From: Dehalococcoidia bacterium
Lineage (GTDB): Bacteria; Chloroflexota; Dehalococcoidia; Lucifugimonadales; VXLM01
Assembly (NCBI GenBank): GCA_963662435.1
Contig: OY759598.1
Span: forward strand, 962,507-1,026,506
Length of the DNA stretch: 64,000 nt
Direction of reading: 5' to 3'
Shown: one piece after another, positions 10,109-19,772 of the stretch
Numbering within the stretch: position 1 is the stretch's first letter
Layout: each line of letters begins with the position of its first letter
Position numbers and translations under genes: made by a program
The notes under the pieces: generated by a model
What the model was told of the DNA's origin: nothing
The model's input: only the letters and a program-made list of their open reading frames with translations
Database searches by the model: none

Positions 10109-11179
10109 CTATCCCCGGGCGGGAATTACGAGATCATCCGCGATCTGATCAACGCTAGAGCAGCCGGAGTACGCCATGATCTTGTCGAATTCGGCCCGGA
10201 AAATCGACAGCATCAGCCGTACGCCATTCTCTCCGTCGTAGGCGAGGCCCCAGTGAACGGGCCGGCCGACGAATACGGCCCGTGCTCCCAGCGCAAGGGC
10301 ACGAAACACATCGAGGCCGGAGCGGACGCCGGAGTCGAAGTAGACCTCCACCTCGTCGTCCAAGATATCGACGAACTGCGGCAGTAGCTCAATAGAGGAA
10401 AGCCCGCCGTCGAATTGCCGTCCTCCGTGCGTCGAAACGATGACGCCATCTACGCCGTAGTCGAGACACCGCCGAGCGTCGTCGAGCCTTCTGACGCCCT
10501 TCAACACCAGCGGAAGGCCACCGGAGAGCTCGCGCAGCCAATCGAGACGGTCCCACGTGATGTTAGGAGGATCCCAGCGTGCGAATTCTTCCCCATTCGA
10601 AAGGTCGGGCCTGCTCCGCAGGTTGGCAAACGAGCGAATCTTCGAGGGTATGGACGGAGTCGTGAGCAGCGCGTCAGCCATCGGAAACGGGCCAACGACA
10701 TCGACGGTGAGAACCAGCGCGGAGAATCCAGCGGGCTTGAGTAGCGGGAGGTATTCCTCGGTGATGCCGTCACTGTAGTGTATGTGCTGGAACCATACCG
10801 GCCCGGTTGCCGCCGCGCCGACTTCATCGAAGGTGTGTCCCGAGCCGGTAGGAAGGGTCATCAGCGTGCCTTCCTCGCCGGCCGCCCGTGCCACAGCCAA
10901 TTCCCCGTCGGGATGGCTGCCGGTCTGACCGCCGGCCGGAGCGCACATTATGGGAAAGTCGATCCGCTGCCCCAACACGGTCGTGGAGAGGTCGCGTTTC
11001 GTGGTGTCCACCAGAACAGGAGGGTTCAGGGCGATCTCGTCGAGCTTCCTGCGGTTACGGTCGCGGGTCCAGTTTTCCCCGATGCCGCGTGCAACGAAGT
11101 GCCGCTGTTCGGGCGACATTTTCAATTCCGCTGCGGCTCTGAGTTCGGCGATTGTTGTAGGCCGTGCTGTGGTCTCCAC
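10109..11179 (-). CDS. FMN-dependent alpha-hydroxy acid oxidase/dehydrogenase family protein
   Basis: PIMCAP, HPDGELAVARAA, LKGV, STHGGRQFDG, DSGVRSGLDVFRALALGA. Confidence 0.9.
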   Translation of the reverse strand: METTARPTTIAELRAAAELKMSPEQRHFVARGIGENWTRDRNRRKLDEIALNPPVLVDTTKRDLSTTVLGQRIDFPIMCAPAGGQTGSHPDGELAVARAAGEEGTLMTLPTGSGHTFDEVGAAATGPVWFQHIHYSDGITEEYLPLLKPAGFSALVLTVDVVGPFPMADALLTTPSIPSKIRSFANLRSRPDLSNGEEFARWDPPNITWDRLDWLRELSGGLPLVLKGVRRLDDARRCLDYGVDGVIVSTHGGRQFDGGLSSIELLPQFVDILDDEVEVYFDSGVRSGLDVFRALALGARAVFVGRPVHWGLAYDGENGVRLMLSIFRAEFDKIMAYSGCSSVDQIADDLVIPARG

Positions 11180-11335
11180 GAATTCTCTCCAGCGAAAAAC
11201 TCCGGCAATTGTAAACTACGAGGCGGTGGTGCGCTCGAATAGAAAAAAGATATATGCTGAGACGGCGAAGTCGAGGCAAAGCTCGGCGAAAAGACTTGTC
11301 GAAGTCTGCAGCATGAGTCGAATGGAGGTCATAAA

Positions 11336-13297
11336 ATGCCGCTCCCACGACCGATCACCATTGCGAATACACGTTATCTGAAGGACGACGTCAACAGCTA
11401 CAGCCCCGAAATAATCGAGATCGCCAAGCGATTAGACGCCAACCACATTCTGCTTAGCTTTACCGGCACATCCGGCGAGGATAAGGAACGATGGAACTGG
11501 AGCCTCATCAAGCAATTCGTGCGGCAGGCTCACGACGAAGGTATGTTCGTGGCGTTCTACATGAAGCTCACGAACATCAACTGGAAACCGATGTTCCACG
11601 AGAGACCGGAGTCGCGGGACTGGTTGATGCGCTACGCCGACGGGCGACCCGCAATTTACCTGGGACATCCCGACAGGTACATGGGCTGTCTGAACAATCC
11701 CGCATGGCGGAGCTACCTGAAGGAGATGATCGCGAAGGCGGTCGAGCACGAGCCCGACTCGCTCTTCTACGACAACTGCTTCGTCCCGCGAGAGCTGGCG
11801 GGAGTCCATGACGACGAGGCAGCGGCAGCGGGCTGGGCGTGTTACTGCGAGGTTTGCCGTGTGAGGTTTAGGGAGTACACGGCCGAGAAGCTGGGATGGG
11901 AATGCGAGCTGCCCTGGCCTCCGAAGTGGGATGATCCCATCTGGCAGACGTTCATCGAGTTTCGAGACGAGTACTTCACCGAAGCCATGGGCATGGTCGT
12001 CGACTATGCACACGAGCTTAATCCCGACATCGTCGTATTCCCGAACCTGGCAGTGCCATGGATGGGCGGGGGAGGAGCCAAGGGGTCGGCGACCCATCTT
12101 GTGGCGGACAAGGTTGATCTAATCCTGCTGGAGCGGAGGGGCGCACCGAGACTGGATTCTCCGCCGGCAGGAGGGATGCCACGCGCCGTGAACGCCGTCG
12201 TTGACTGGAAATACGGCTCCCGGGTCAAGAGCACACCCACCTGGTACCGGCAGAACAAACCGGGTTCTCACACTCCCGACCAGATGAAGATTGGGCTCGC
12301 CGAATCGTCGGCGTTCAACGGCGCTACGCACCACATCATGGCCCATCTGTTCACGCATGAGCACGTGAAGGCCGACATCATCAGGCACTATTACACGTGG
12401 CTCCAAGAACACGAGCGATTCTACGTCGATGCCAGGCCTGTGGCAGACGTGGCGCTGCATGTCTCGACGCCGACGATCAACTGGTACTACCCGAACCGGG
12501 TGACGCATGGCGGAGGCGACCTTCCACAGAACATCACGGGACTGGCACAGGCGCTCGTAGAGCTTCACGTCCCATTCGACGTTGTGCTGGACGAGGACCT
12601 AACCGCGGAACACGGCTACCGCGTTCTCATTCTTCCGAATTCCGCCTGCATGAGCGACGGTGATGTTGAGGCCGTTCGAAGGTTTGTCGCAGACGGAGGC
12701 AGCCTCATCGCCACCGGCGAAACTTCACTGTACGACGAGAAGCTCCGAATTCGGGACGACTTTGCTCTTGCCGACGTGTTCGGAGCGCACCATGGCCAGA
12801 ATGTGCCAGAGATTGTGACGAACGAGTACGGCAAAGGAAGGGTGGCATTTCTACCCGGTGAACCGGACGAGCGATTCTGGTACGAGGGAATCTCGTCAGA
12901 TCTTGCCCTTTTCCGCGAGGCTGTGGAGTACGTTCTCGATGGCGACAGGTGCATCGAGATTGACGTGCCTACGACCACCGTGATGAATCTCACTGAAACG
13001 GCTGACGCCGAGACCACTCTCGTGCATCTCATCAACTACGACGTACAGCTCACCGAGACGCAGAAAGCCTTTGGGAAGGACGAGATACCTCCCGTGACCG
13101 ACACCCTGGCGCGCCGGGTGACCGACATCCCCGTGACGCTCCGAAAGCCCGCCAATAGGGGAGTTGGGCGGATCACTCTCTATTCAACCGACCTTGAAGA
13201 TACTCTGGACTTGCCTTTCCAGGAGTCCGATCGCGCCGTGAGTTTTGAGATTCCCGTGCTGTGGATCTACAACGTGATCGCCGTTGACTGGCGATGA
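11336..13297 (+). CDS. Putative glycoside hydrolase (TIM barrel plus beta-galactosidase trimerisation-like domain)
   Basis: CLNNPAWR, FYDN, CYCEVC, LVELHVPFDVV...YRVLILPN...FVADGGSLIATG. Confidence 0.7.
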   Translation: MPLPRPITIANTRYLKDDVNSYSPEIIEIAKRLDANHILLSFTGTSGEDKERWNWSLIKQFVRQAHDEGMFVAFYMKLTNINWKPMFHERPESRDWLMRYADGRPAIYLGHPDRYMGCLNNPAWRSYLKEMIAKAVEHEPDSLFYDNCFVPRELAGVHDDEAAAAGWACYCEVCRVRFREYTAEKLGWECELPWPPKWDDPIWQTFIEFRDEYFTEAMGMVVDYAHELNPDIVVFPNLAVPWMGGGGAKGSATHLVADKVDLILLERRGAPRLDSPPAGGMPRAVNAVVDWKYGSRVKSTPTWYRQNKPGSHTPDQMKIGLAESSAFNGATHHIMAHLFTHEHVKADIIRHYYTWLQEHERFYVDARPVADVALHVSTPTINWYYPNRVTHGGGDLPQNITGLAQALVELHVPFDVVLDEDLTAEHGYRVLILPNSACMSDGDVEAVRRFVADGGSLIATGETSLYDEKLRIRDDFALADVFGAHHGQNVPEIVTNEYGKGRVAFLPGEPDERFWYEGISSDLALFREAVEYVLDGDRCIEIDVPTTTVMNLTETADAETTLVHLINYDVQLTETQKAFGKDEIPPVTDTLARRVTDIPVTLRKPANRGVGRITLYSTDLEDTLDLPFQESDRAVSFEIPVLWIYNVIAVDWR

Positions 13298-13329
13298 TGT
13301 GGGCCTCAGCAGGCTGAAATCAACGACCA

Positions 13330-14784
13330 ATGGGCACATCTGACACCATAGCTGGTTTCGAGGACGAAGTCAGGAATGGTGTCGTCTCTGCGGACCTTGC
13401 GGGCAACCGATTGGTCGTGGCTGTTTCGGGCGGGCCGGATTCGCTGGCATTGCTGCATGCGCTTCACCGTATCCGGGATGCCCTGCATCTGGACCTTCAC
13501 GTAGCGCACCTGAATCACCGCCTTCGTGGAGAAGATTCGGCCGCTGACGCTCAATTCGTAGCCGACACCAGTGCCGTGCTTGGCGTCGAATGTACAGTTG
13601 ATACCCAGGACGTGCTCGCGTTCAAAAGGGAGCATCGATTGTCGCTCGAGGAGGCGGCGAGGGAGGCGCGCTACGACTTCCTGGCCAGTGTCGCAGAGCG
13701 GGAGGGCTCAGACGCGATCGCTTTGGGCCACACGTCGGATGATCAGGTCGAGACTATTTTGATGAACATCATCAGAGGCAGCGGGTTGCGTGGGCTGCGC
13801 GGCATGTTGCCCAAGTCCACGCGGCGCATCTCCGGTAGCGAAATCACACTCTTTCGGCCGCTTCTGCAACTGTCGAAGGACGACACTATGGGCTACTGCC
13901 AGGAGCTGGGAATCAGTCCACGCTTTGATGAATCCAACAGTTCTAGAGAGATGACAAGGAACAGGATCAGACTAGAGCTCCTGCCGATGTTGCGTGACTT
14001 GAACCCTGAAATCGATAAGGCCATACAGCGGTTGTCACAAAACGCGAGGGATGCGCTTGCCGTCGTCAATCTCGCGGTCGACTCAGTATGGTTGCAGACT
14101 ATCGAAGAGGTAGGGGACCATGTCCGCATAGACCGCGAAGGATTTCGTCGGTTGGATGCACAACTGCGCTCGCACCTCATGCTGCGCGCCCTTTCGCAGG
14201 TCAAGGGAGATGCGATTGGCATCGAGCGAGGACACGTACAGGACGCCACGAAGGCGGTTCTCGACTCTCCGGGTTCACTGATTCATCTGCCAGGTGGCCT
14301 TCGACTCGCTGTTGAGCAGGTCTCTGCATGCATGTATTCGGGTGATTCGCCGGACTGGTTAGAACGTGGGGAGCCGTTGCAGGGCACATCGCCAATTGGT
14401 GTCCCCGGTGAGACTGTGGTGGGCGGTTGGAGATTCACAGTTGAGCGAATCGAGACCTCGACAGGGACCAATTCAGGCAAGGGTGAGGAGGGCTCGGAAG
14501 GGGTGTTCGTCGAGCGCTTTGGGTGCGCCGTTGATCTCCCGTCGCTAGCAGTGCGAACGCGTGAGCAGGGTGACCGATTTCAGCCTCTCGGCATGTCCGG
14601 TACAAAGAAACTGAAGGACTTCATGATCGATGAGAAGGTGCACTCCTCGCTGCGAGACGACGTTCCGCTTGTGGTCACGTCGCAGGGCATCGCCTGGGTC
14701 GTGGGGTGGCGCATCGCAGAGTGGGCGAAGGTGGACGTATGCGACCGCGAGTGTTGGCAGATCACGGTCGAGAGGGTAGCCTAG
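13330..14784 (+). CDS. tilS: tRNA(Ile)-lysidine synthetase
   Basis: AVSGGPDS PP-loop, EEAAREARY, GHTSDDQVET, RNRIR, C-terminal KKLKDFMIDEKV. Confidence 0.95.
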   Translation: MGTSDTIAGFEDEVRNGVVSADLAGNRLVVAVSGGPDSLALLHALHRIRDALHLDLHVAHLNHRLRGEDSAADAQFVADTSAVLGVECTVDTQDVLAFKREHRLSLEEAAREARYDFLASVAEREGSDAIALGHTSDDQVETILMNIIRGSGLRGLRGMLPKSTRRISGSEITLFRPLLQLSKDDTMGYCQELGISPRFDESNSSREMTRNRIRLELLPMLRDLNPEIDKAIQRLSQNARDALAVVNLAVDSVWLQTIEEVGDHVRIDREGFRRLDAQLRSHLMLRALSQVKGDAIGIERGHVQDATKAVLDSPGSLIHLPGGLRLAVEQVSACMYSGDSPDWLERGEPLQGTSPIGVPGETVVGGWRFTVERIETSTGTNSGKGEEGSEGVFVERFGCAVDLPSLAVRTREQGDRFQPLGMSGTKKLKDFMIDEKVHSSLRDDVPLVVTSQGIAWVVGWRIAEWAKVDVCDRECWQITVERVA

Positions 14785-14846
14785 CACCCCTCAATGCCTC
14801 TTCTGGTACCATGTGCCCCTGATTTTGATAGAGAGGGGATTCTTCC

Positions 14847-15506
14847 ATGGGAAAGCACTATGACAACGCGGCCATACCCGACGTTATGCGCCGTGACTTC
14901 GACGTCTACGACAGGATAGCCGGACTGGGTATCGATTTGGGCGACTTCGAGGAGAACGTAACCTCAATCGCGGACCAGAACATAGCGCACATGGTGTTCC
15001 ATGAGAGCGGACTGGTCTATCTCTCCGGTTCCGCCGGTGGCACATACCCGATGAACGACGATGAGGACCGAATCGCCCACGGATTCCAGGGCGCGCAGGA
15101 TGCGGCGGATCACCAGATCAAGAGACTGCATTGGGGGCTGAGCGCGGGAGGTGAGGGAGACCTCAACGACGTTCTCTACACGGTCAAGGCGCTTGGGATG
15201 GTTGTTACGCCCGGAGGAGGAACGACGAGCGCGGGACCTCCCGTGACGAACGGGTTTTCCTTCCGCTGGCAGTCCGTATTCGGAGGAGGGAAGGGGACGT
15301 ATGCCGTTGACGGCATCGATCCCGGGGGATTTGCCGGCGTCCACGCACGAAGCGCCATGGGAGGTTTCGATGGACGCTTTTCCATCGAACCGGAGATTGT
15401 TGTGGCGATTCCCTCCAGCCTCGCGAGAGAGATCATCACCAACCGAGGCTGGGTGTTCCCGCTGCCGCCGACCATGTTGAAGAAAATCACGGCTGCCAGA
15501 GGGTAG
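14847..15506 (+). CDS. Divergent RidA/YjgF-superfamily (Rid1-like) protein
   Basis: GLVYLSG, GDLNDV..VKALGMV, P.VTNGFS...VFG, HARSAMG, IEPE. Confidence 0.65.
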   Translation: MGKHYDNAAIPDVMRRDFDVYDRIAGLGIDLGDFEENVTSIADQNIAHMVFHESGLVYLSGSAGGTYPMNDDEDRIAHGFQGAQDAADHQIKRLHWGLSAGGEGDLNDVLYTVKALGMVVTPGGGTTSAGPPVTNGFSFRWQSVFGGGKGTYAVDGIDPGGFAGVHARSAMGGFDGRFSIEPEIVVAIPSSLAREIITNRGWVFPLPPTMLKKITAARG

Positions 15507-15522
15507 GCTGGGAGGGCAAGTC

Positions 15523-16074
15523 ATGGCAAAGCTGCCTTACATTTCCAGAGACGAACTACCGGAAGACAAACGGCACGTGTACGACCGGATCGCCGAGACT
15601 CGCGGCAGCGTCGATCACATATTTCGTCTTCTCCTCAATAGTCCGGATGCCGCGGAGGTCGCTACGAGCGTAGGGGAGTACATAAGGTACAGGTCGCCGC
15701 TCGAACCTGCGATTCGCGAGATTGCCATACTTGGCGTCGCACGGGAGTTGAACTGCGACTATGAGTGGGCGCAGCACGAGCCGATTGCTCGCCGCGATGG
15801 CGTCAGCGACAACACCATAGAGTCGATTAGGAGCGGACGCGCGCCGATGGGCGTCCCGGCGAAGGAGGGGGTCTACGTGCAGGGCGTCAGGGAACTGGTG
15901 CGAGACGGATCGTTGAGCGACGCGACGCATCAGGCAATCGAACACCTGATTGGGCCGGCACAGACCTTAGACTTTCTCGTTCTCGTTGGGTATTACTCGA
16001 TGCTGGCGCGCATCATGGCGACCTTTGAGATCGATCTCGACGAGGGGCTTGAGGCGAACCTTCCCGATCTATAG
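15523..16074 (+). CDS. Carboxymuconolactone decarboxylase (CMD/AhpD-like) family protein
   Basis: LLNSP, REIAIL, YEWAQHEPIARRDG, VGYYSMLAR. Confidence 0.85.
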   Translation: MAKLPYISRDELPEDKRHVYDRIAETRGSVDHIFRLLLNSPDAAEVATSVGEYIRYRSPLEPAIREIAILGVARELNCDYEWAQHEPIARRDGVSDNTIESIRSGRAPMGVPAKEGVYVQGVRELVRDGSLSDATHQAIEHLIGPAQTLDFLVLVGYYSMLARIMATFEIDLDEGLEANLPDL

Positions 16075-16187
16075 GGGCTTCAGAACTTGCTTGAAATAGC
16101 CGAGCGGGTCACGCTACCATACCTGCGACCAAGGCTGCGGCTAACGGTTCTCAAGCGGGTTCAACCCACTGAAACATAGGTGTATTC

Positions 16188-17186
16188 ATGGTAAACGCCG
16201 ATTTTGAAATACGTCGTTCTCTCCTGGTGGGCGAGACCGCCGATGTCTACTTGCAGCGAACGCTCACCATCCTTCGAAACGAGGGAGTCAATCCCGTCGT
16301 GGCGCTGGAGTTTTCCCCGCGTCGAGCGGGGGTATTCTGTGGCATAGCGGAAGTGCGCAGTCTGTTGTCTCGTGTTCTCCCGGAGAGCGGCAGTGAGGTT
16401 TGGGCACTAAACGAAGGCGAACTCATAGAAGCGGGTGAGGTTGCCCTGCGGGTCAAGGCGCCCTATAGCTCGGTTGGCCTCTACGAGACGGCCATAAGCG
16501 GCATACTCGCACAATGCACCGGCTTCGCCTCCGCGGCCCGGGAGTGCGTTGATGCGGCCAAGGGAACTCCGGTTCTTGCCCTAGGGGCTCGGCACGTGCA
16601 TCCCGATGTTGCCGGGATTCTCGGCTACTCGGCGGTCGTCGGTGGGTGCGTCTCTTGCTCGACCATTCAGGGTGCGCGACTTGCCGGGATAACACCTTCG
16701 GGCAACATGCCCCATTCGCTTTCTCTGCTGATGGGGGGAACGATCCAAGCAATGGAAGCGCTTGACAAGCATATGCCTCAAGAGGTGCCGCGAATCGCAC
16801 TCGTCGATACCTTCAGGGACGAGGGGGAAGAGGCGTTGGCGGTGTCGCGCTCATTGAGAGAAAAGCTAAGGGGCATCAGGATAAATACGCCTTCGACAAG
16901 AGGCGGGGTCACCCCCGACCTTGTCAAGGAGGTGCGGGCCCGGCTCGACCTGTCGGGTTTCCGCCACGTGGAGATCATGGTAAGCGGCGGATTGAACCCG
17001 GACCGCATAGCCGAGTTCGTAGATGCTGAAGCACCGGTGAACACGTTTGGCATCGGGGCCTACATCGCGGCCACGGGACCGAACCCGTTCCACATGGACA
17101 TCCACGAGGTGGACGGGCGTCCTGTCGCCCGAAGGGGACGCATACCCGGCATAACGAACAACCCACGTCTCGGCAGGGTGATGTAA
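16188..17186 (+). CDS. pncB: Nicotinate phosphoribosyltransferase
   Basis: TADVYL, LYETAISG, GARHVHP, GNMPHS, LVDTF, SGGL, ARRGR. Confidence 0.88.
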   Translation: MVNADFEIRRSLLVGETADVYLQRTLTILRNEGVNPVVALEFSPRRAGVFCGIAEVRSLLSRVLPESGSEVWALNEGELIEAGEVALRVKAPYSSVGLYETAISGILAQCTGFASAARECVDAAKGTPVLALGARHVHPDVAGILGYSAVVGGCVSCSTIQGARLAGITPSGNMPHSLSLLMGGTIQAMEALDKHMPQEVPRIALVDTFRDEGEEALAVSRSLREKLRGIRINTPSTRGGVTPDLVKEVRARLDLSGFRHVEIMVSGGLNPDRIAEFVDAEAPVNTFGIGAYIAATGPNPFHMDIHEVDGRPVARRGRIPGITNNPRLGRVM

Positions 17187-17213
17187 AGGGGACCTACGAG
17201 TTCCGCGCCTGCA

Positions 17214-17601
17214 CTACTCGCCGTCGAGGCCTTGAGCGAAGACCAGCTTGTTGCCGTCCGCGTCGATGATGTGCATCTCGCGCAGGCGCCAAACCTGGTC
17301 GATGGGTGGCGTATCGATGAGCACTCCCCTCGACCAACTCCTCGTGCAGGTCATCAACGTCGTCCCTCCAGACGATCACGCCGGTCCTGGGCACGCCGTC
17401 ACCGGAAAATGAGGAGACACTCAGCACGGCTTTGTCGCCAACGAGTCCCATGTGGCAGAGATTATCGTGATCGCGAAGAGGGCGAAAGACGAACTGCAGC
17501 TCGAACCCGAGCATGTTGCAGTAGAACTCTTCAGTCGCCTTGGAGTCTGACACACCCAGAACGGGAGTCACACCCTGCAGCACGGCGCCACCCTCTCCCA
17601 C
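17214..17601 (-). pseudogene. VOC/glyoxalase (bleomycin-resistance-like) protein with an internal frameshift
   Basis: N-terminal VOC pattern (TPVLGVSD...EFYCNMLGF...DDVDDLHEEL). After the GGGG run near 17326-17329 a different frame reads GVLIDTPPIDQVWRLREMHIIDADGNKLVFAQGLDGE* (stop at 17214). Confidence 0.75.
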
Positions 17602-17617
17602 TTCCCTCCGTCCCGAC

Positions 17618-18214
17618 TTAATTCAGCGGCGCGACGCTGAAGACCACGTGGAACGGCTTGCAATAGATGACGATTGAGTTGTAGTCGGCCACGTCGATGC
17701 TATTGGGGATAGTGTAATTCTGGTTGCCGACATTCCCCTTCAGCTTGGCGACCTCCTCGTACCCGGAATCAAGGTCTCCTCGTTCCTGCGGGTCGTCGTG
17801 CTTGACCAACAGGACACGAAGGTCAGGGCCGTTGGTTACCCTGAAGTCCTCAAAGCGAAGTACCTGGGTACCATCGGCAAGGCTGTAGATTGTAGCCGTG
17901 CCTTCTCCCTTGTGAAAGTTGTCGCCGTCACGAAAGGTCCCTGACTTCAGGACGACGTTGGCAGCTTCCATCATCTCCTTCGGCATCTCCTCGTCCATCT
18001 TCGTCTCGACCTTGGCCATGGTCATCATCACGGTCTCGGCTTCGGAACGAGAGATTTCCGCAGGGATCGTGGCGTTTTCCGTCAGGGGGAAGTCCTCGTT
18101 TACCTCCGTGTCCATGAATAATGGCGCGAGAAGCCACCAGCCGAATGCGACTAAAGGTATACCGACAACCAGTCCCGCGCCAAACCAGACCCATTTGTTT
18201 TTCAGTGCGCTCAA
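17618..18214 (-). CDS. Membrane-anchored DM13 domain protein
   Basis: N-terminal TM helix; NGPDLRVLL, LKGNVGNQNY, IVIYCKPFHVVF. Confidence 0.88.
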   Translation of the reverse strand: MSALKNKWVWFGAGLVVGIPLVAFGWWLLAPLFMDTEVNEDFPLTENATIPAEISRSEAETVMMTMAKVETKMDEEMPKEMMEAANVVLKSGTFRDGDNFHKGEGTATIYSLADGTQVLRFEDFRVTNGPDLRVLLVKHDDPQERGDLDSGYEEVAKLKGNVGNQNYTIPNSIDVADYNSIVIYCKPFHVVFSVAPLN

Positions 18215-18419
18215 GATATGCCTCCCTGATAGCTAAGACTATCGCTCACATTCATTCGGATTGGCCTTGCCCACCAGTAACTAAGTCCCTGATTCGCGGC
18301 TACTCTCTTGAATCTATAAACGTTTCGGGGGTCTTCCGAGTTGCTTGATGTCGGAGTGGAATCTTGCCATTGCAATGTGATTCTATCAGGTAGGTCTGGA
18401 AACCAACGAATAGGAGAAG

Positions 18420-19604
18420 TCACAAAATCCTGCCAAGTCTGGGCAGATCCTCTCCGATGAGGGGTCGAGCGTATTGAAGGAATGCATCGTTTGGAAAACC
18501 CTCGGAGTCCAGGTAGGTTGGCGGCATAATCTTGTGAGCGCCGGCTACAAGAGCCAGGGGCGTCAAGCCGGTCGTGGACTCGTACGGATCGTCTTCGATA
18601 CGGACGAGGGAGATCATCTGTTGCGATTCGCCGTCGAGTGCCCGACGTACAGCGACACGCCCCACCTCTTCGGCCTCGCGGGCATCCACCGATGAGACCA
18701 GCTGGACCATAGACCGCTGAATGCTCCCAGGCCGGTCGTAGCGGACTCGAACATTCAAATGGCGCGCGATTAGTGCAGTCAGGTACCGTCCAGTGCCTTC
18801 ATGGTACTCATGGCCAAAGTCGTCGACGTACAGGGGAGGGGCGCCACCGCTGAGTGGGCTGCCTTCGGCATCGCGCACGTTTTCCTGCACAACGGCCACC
18901 GCGAAACCGTAAAGTAAGTAAGCCCTCTCGATCATATGGAGGATTCGATCCGAGTCGAATGGAATCTCCGGCGTTACGACCACGTGGGGCGCATCTCGCT
19001 CATCTCGCTTGCCTAGCACGGATGCCGCCGCAAGCCAGCCGGAGTCCCGCCCGGCGACCTCTAGGACGGTTATCGGCGCCGCAGGTCCCATGGCTTCGGC
19101 GTCACGGCCCGCCCCCTGTGTTGCCGCGGCAACGAACTTTGCCGCGCTGCCGTAGCCGGGTGAGTGGTCCGTGCCTACGAGGTCGTTGTCGACGGTCTTT
19201 GGAACGAGTAACACGTTCAGGTCGATACCGGCGTCATTCGCCGCCTTGGCGACTGACAAGGCCGTAGAAGCAGAGTCGTTTCCCCCTATGATGATCCAGT
19301 GCGTGATGCCGTGTCGTTCGATGAATTCGGTCACTCGCGGCAGATCGGAATCCGTCAGTTTCTTTCGGGTCGTACCGAGAGCCGCACCCGGCGAGTCGGC
19401 AATGGACGGCCACCACTTCGGTGTGACGGCGGCGAGGTCAACCACCTGGTTGGCGAGCACCCCTTCGGTCCCGTGCAGGGCACCGAGAATCCCGGCGAAC
19501 GCTCCCGCCCTGGAGGCTTCGTCGAACACTCCGAACAGGCTTCTATTGATGACGGGCGTGGGGCCACCAGATTGCATGACCAACAGGTTCTTGGCGGTAC
19601 TCAT
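18420..19604 (-). CDS. pfp: Phosphofructokinase family, probably PPi-dependent
   Basis: QSGGPTPVIN, IGGNDS (Asp typical of PPi-using enzymes), PKTVDND, D.FGH, YARPLIG. Confidence 0.85.
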   Translation of the reverse strand: MSTAKNLLVMQSGGPTPVINRSLFGVFDEASRAGAFAGILGALHGTEGVLANQVVDLAAVTPKWWPSIADSPGAALGTTRKKLTDSDLPRVTEFIERHGITHWIIIGGNDSASTALSVAKAANDAGIDLNVLLVPKTVDNDLVGTDHSPGYGSAAKFVAAATQGAGRDAEAMGPAAPITVLEVAGRDSGWLAAASVLGKRDERDAPHVVVTPEIPFDSDRILHMIERAYLLYGFAVAVVQENVRDAEGSPLSGGAPPLYVDDFGHEYHEGTGRYLTALIARHLNVRVRYDRPGSIQRSMVQLVSSVDAREAEEVGRVAVRRALDGESQQMISLVRIEDDPYESTTGLTPLALVAGAHKIMPPTYLDSEGFPNDAFLQYARPLIGEDLPRLGRIL

Positions 19605-19614
19605 GGGAGCGTGC

Positions 19615-19767
19615 CTAGAAGGCGATGGCCGCCGCGACCGCCGCCGCGGCCATGATGACTAGCGCGAGAATTGTGACGATTGCGTCTTCAAGAGTCACAG
19701 CTCCGATGTACAACAACGGGAAATCCGCCGCCATGACCCAGAGGGCGATCTCCCGCAGTTTCGACAT
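19615..19767 (-). CDS. Small two-TM hypothetical protein (50 aa)
   Basis: MSKLREIALWVMAADFPLLYIGAVTLEDAIVTILALVIMAAAAVAAAIAF; fills the gap between the permease and PFK, GGAG upstream. Confidence 0.6.
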   Translation of the reverse strand: MSKLREIALWVMAADFPLLYIGAVTLEDAIVTILALVIMAAAAVAAAIAF

Positions 19768-19772
19768 GCTGA

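Noticed and set aside
16081..16187. Riboswitch upstream of pncB
   Set aside because: Only short hairpins; no recognised NAD or preQ1 consensus.
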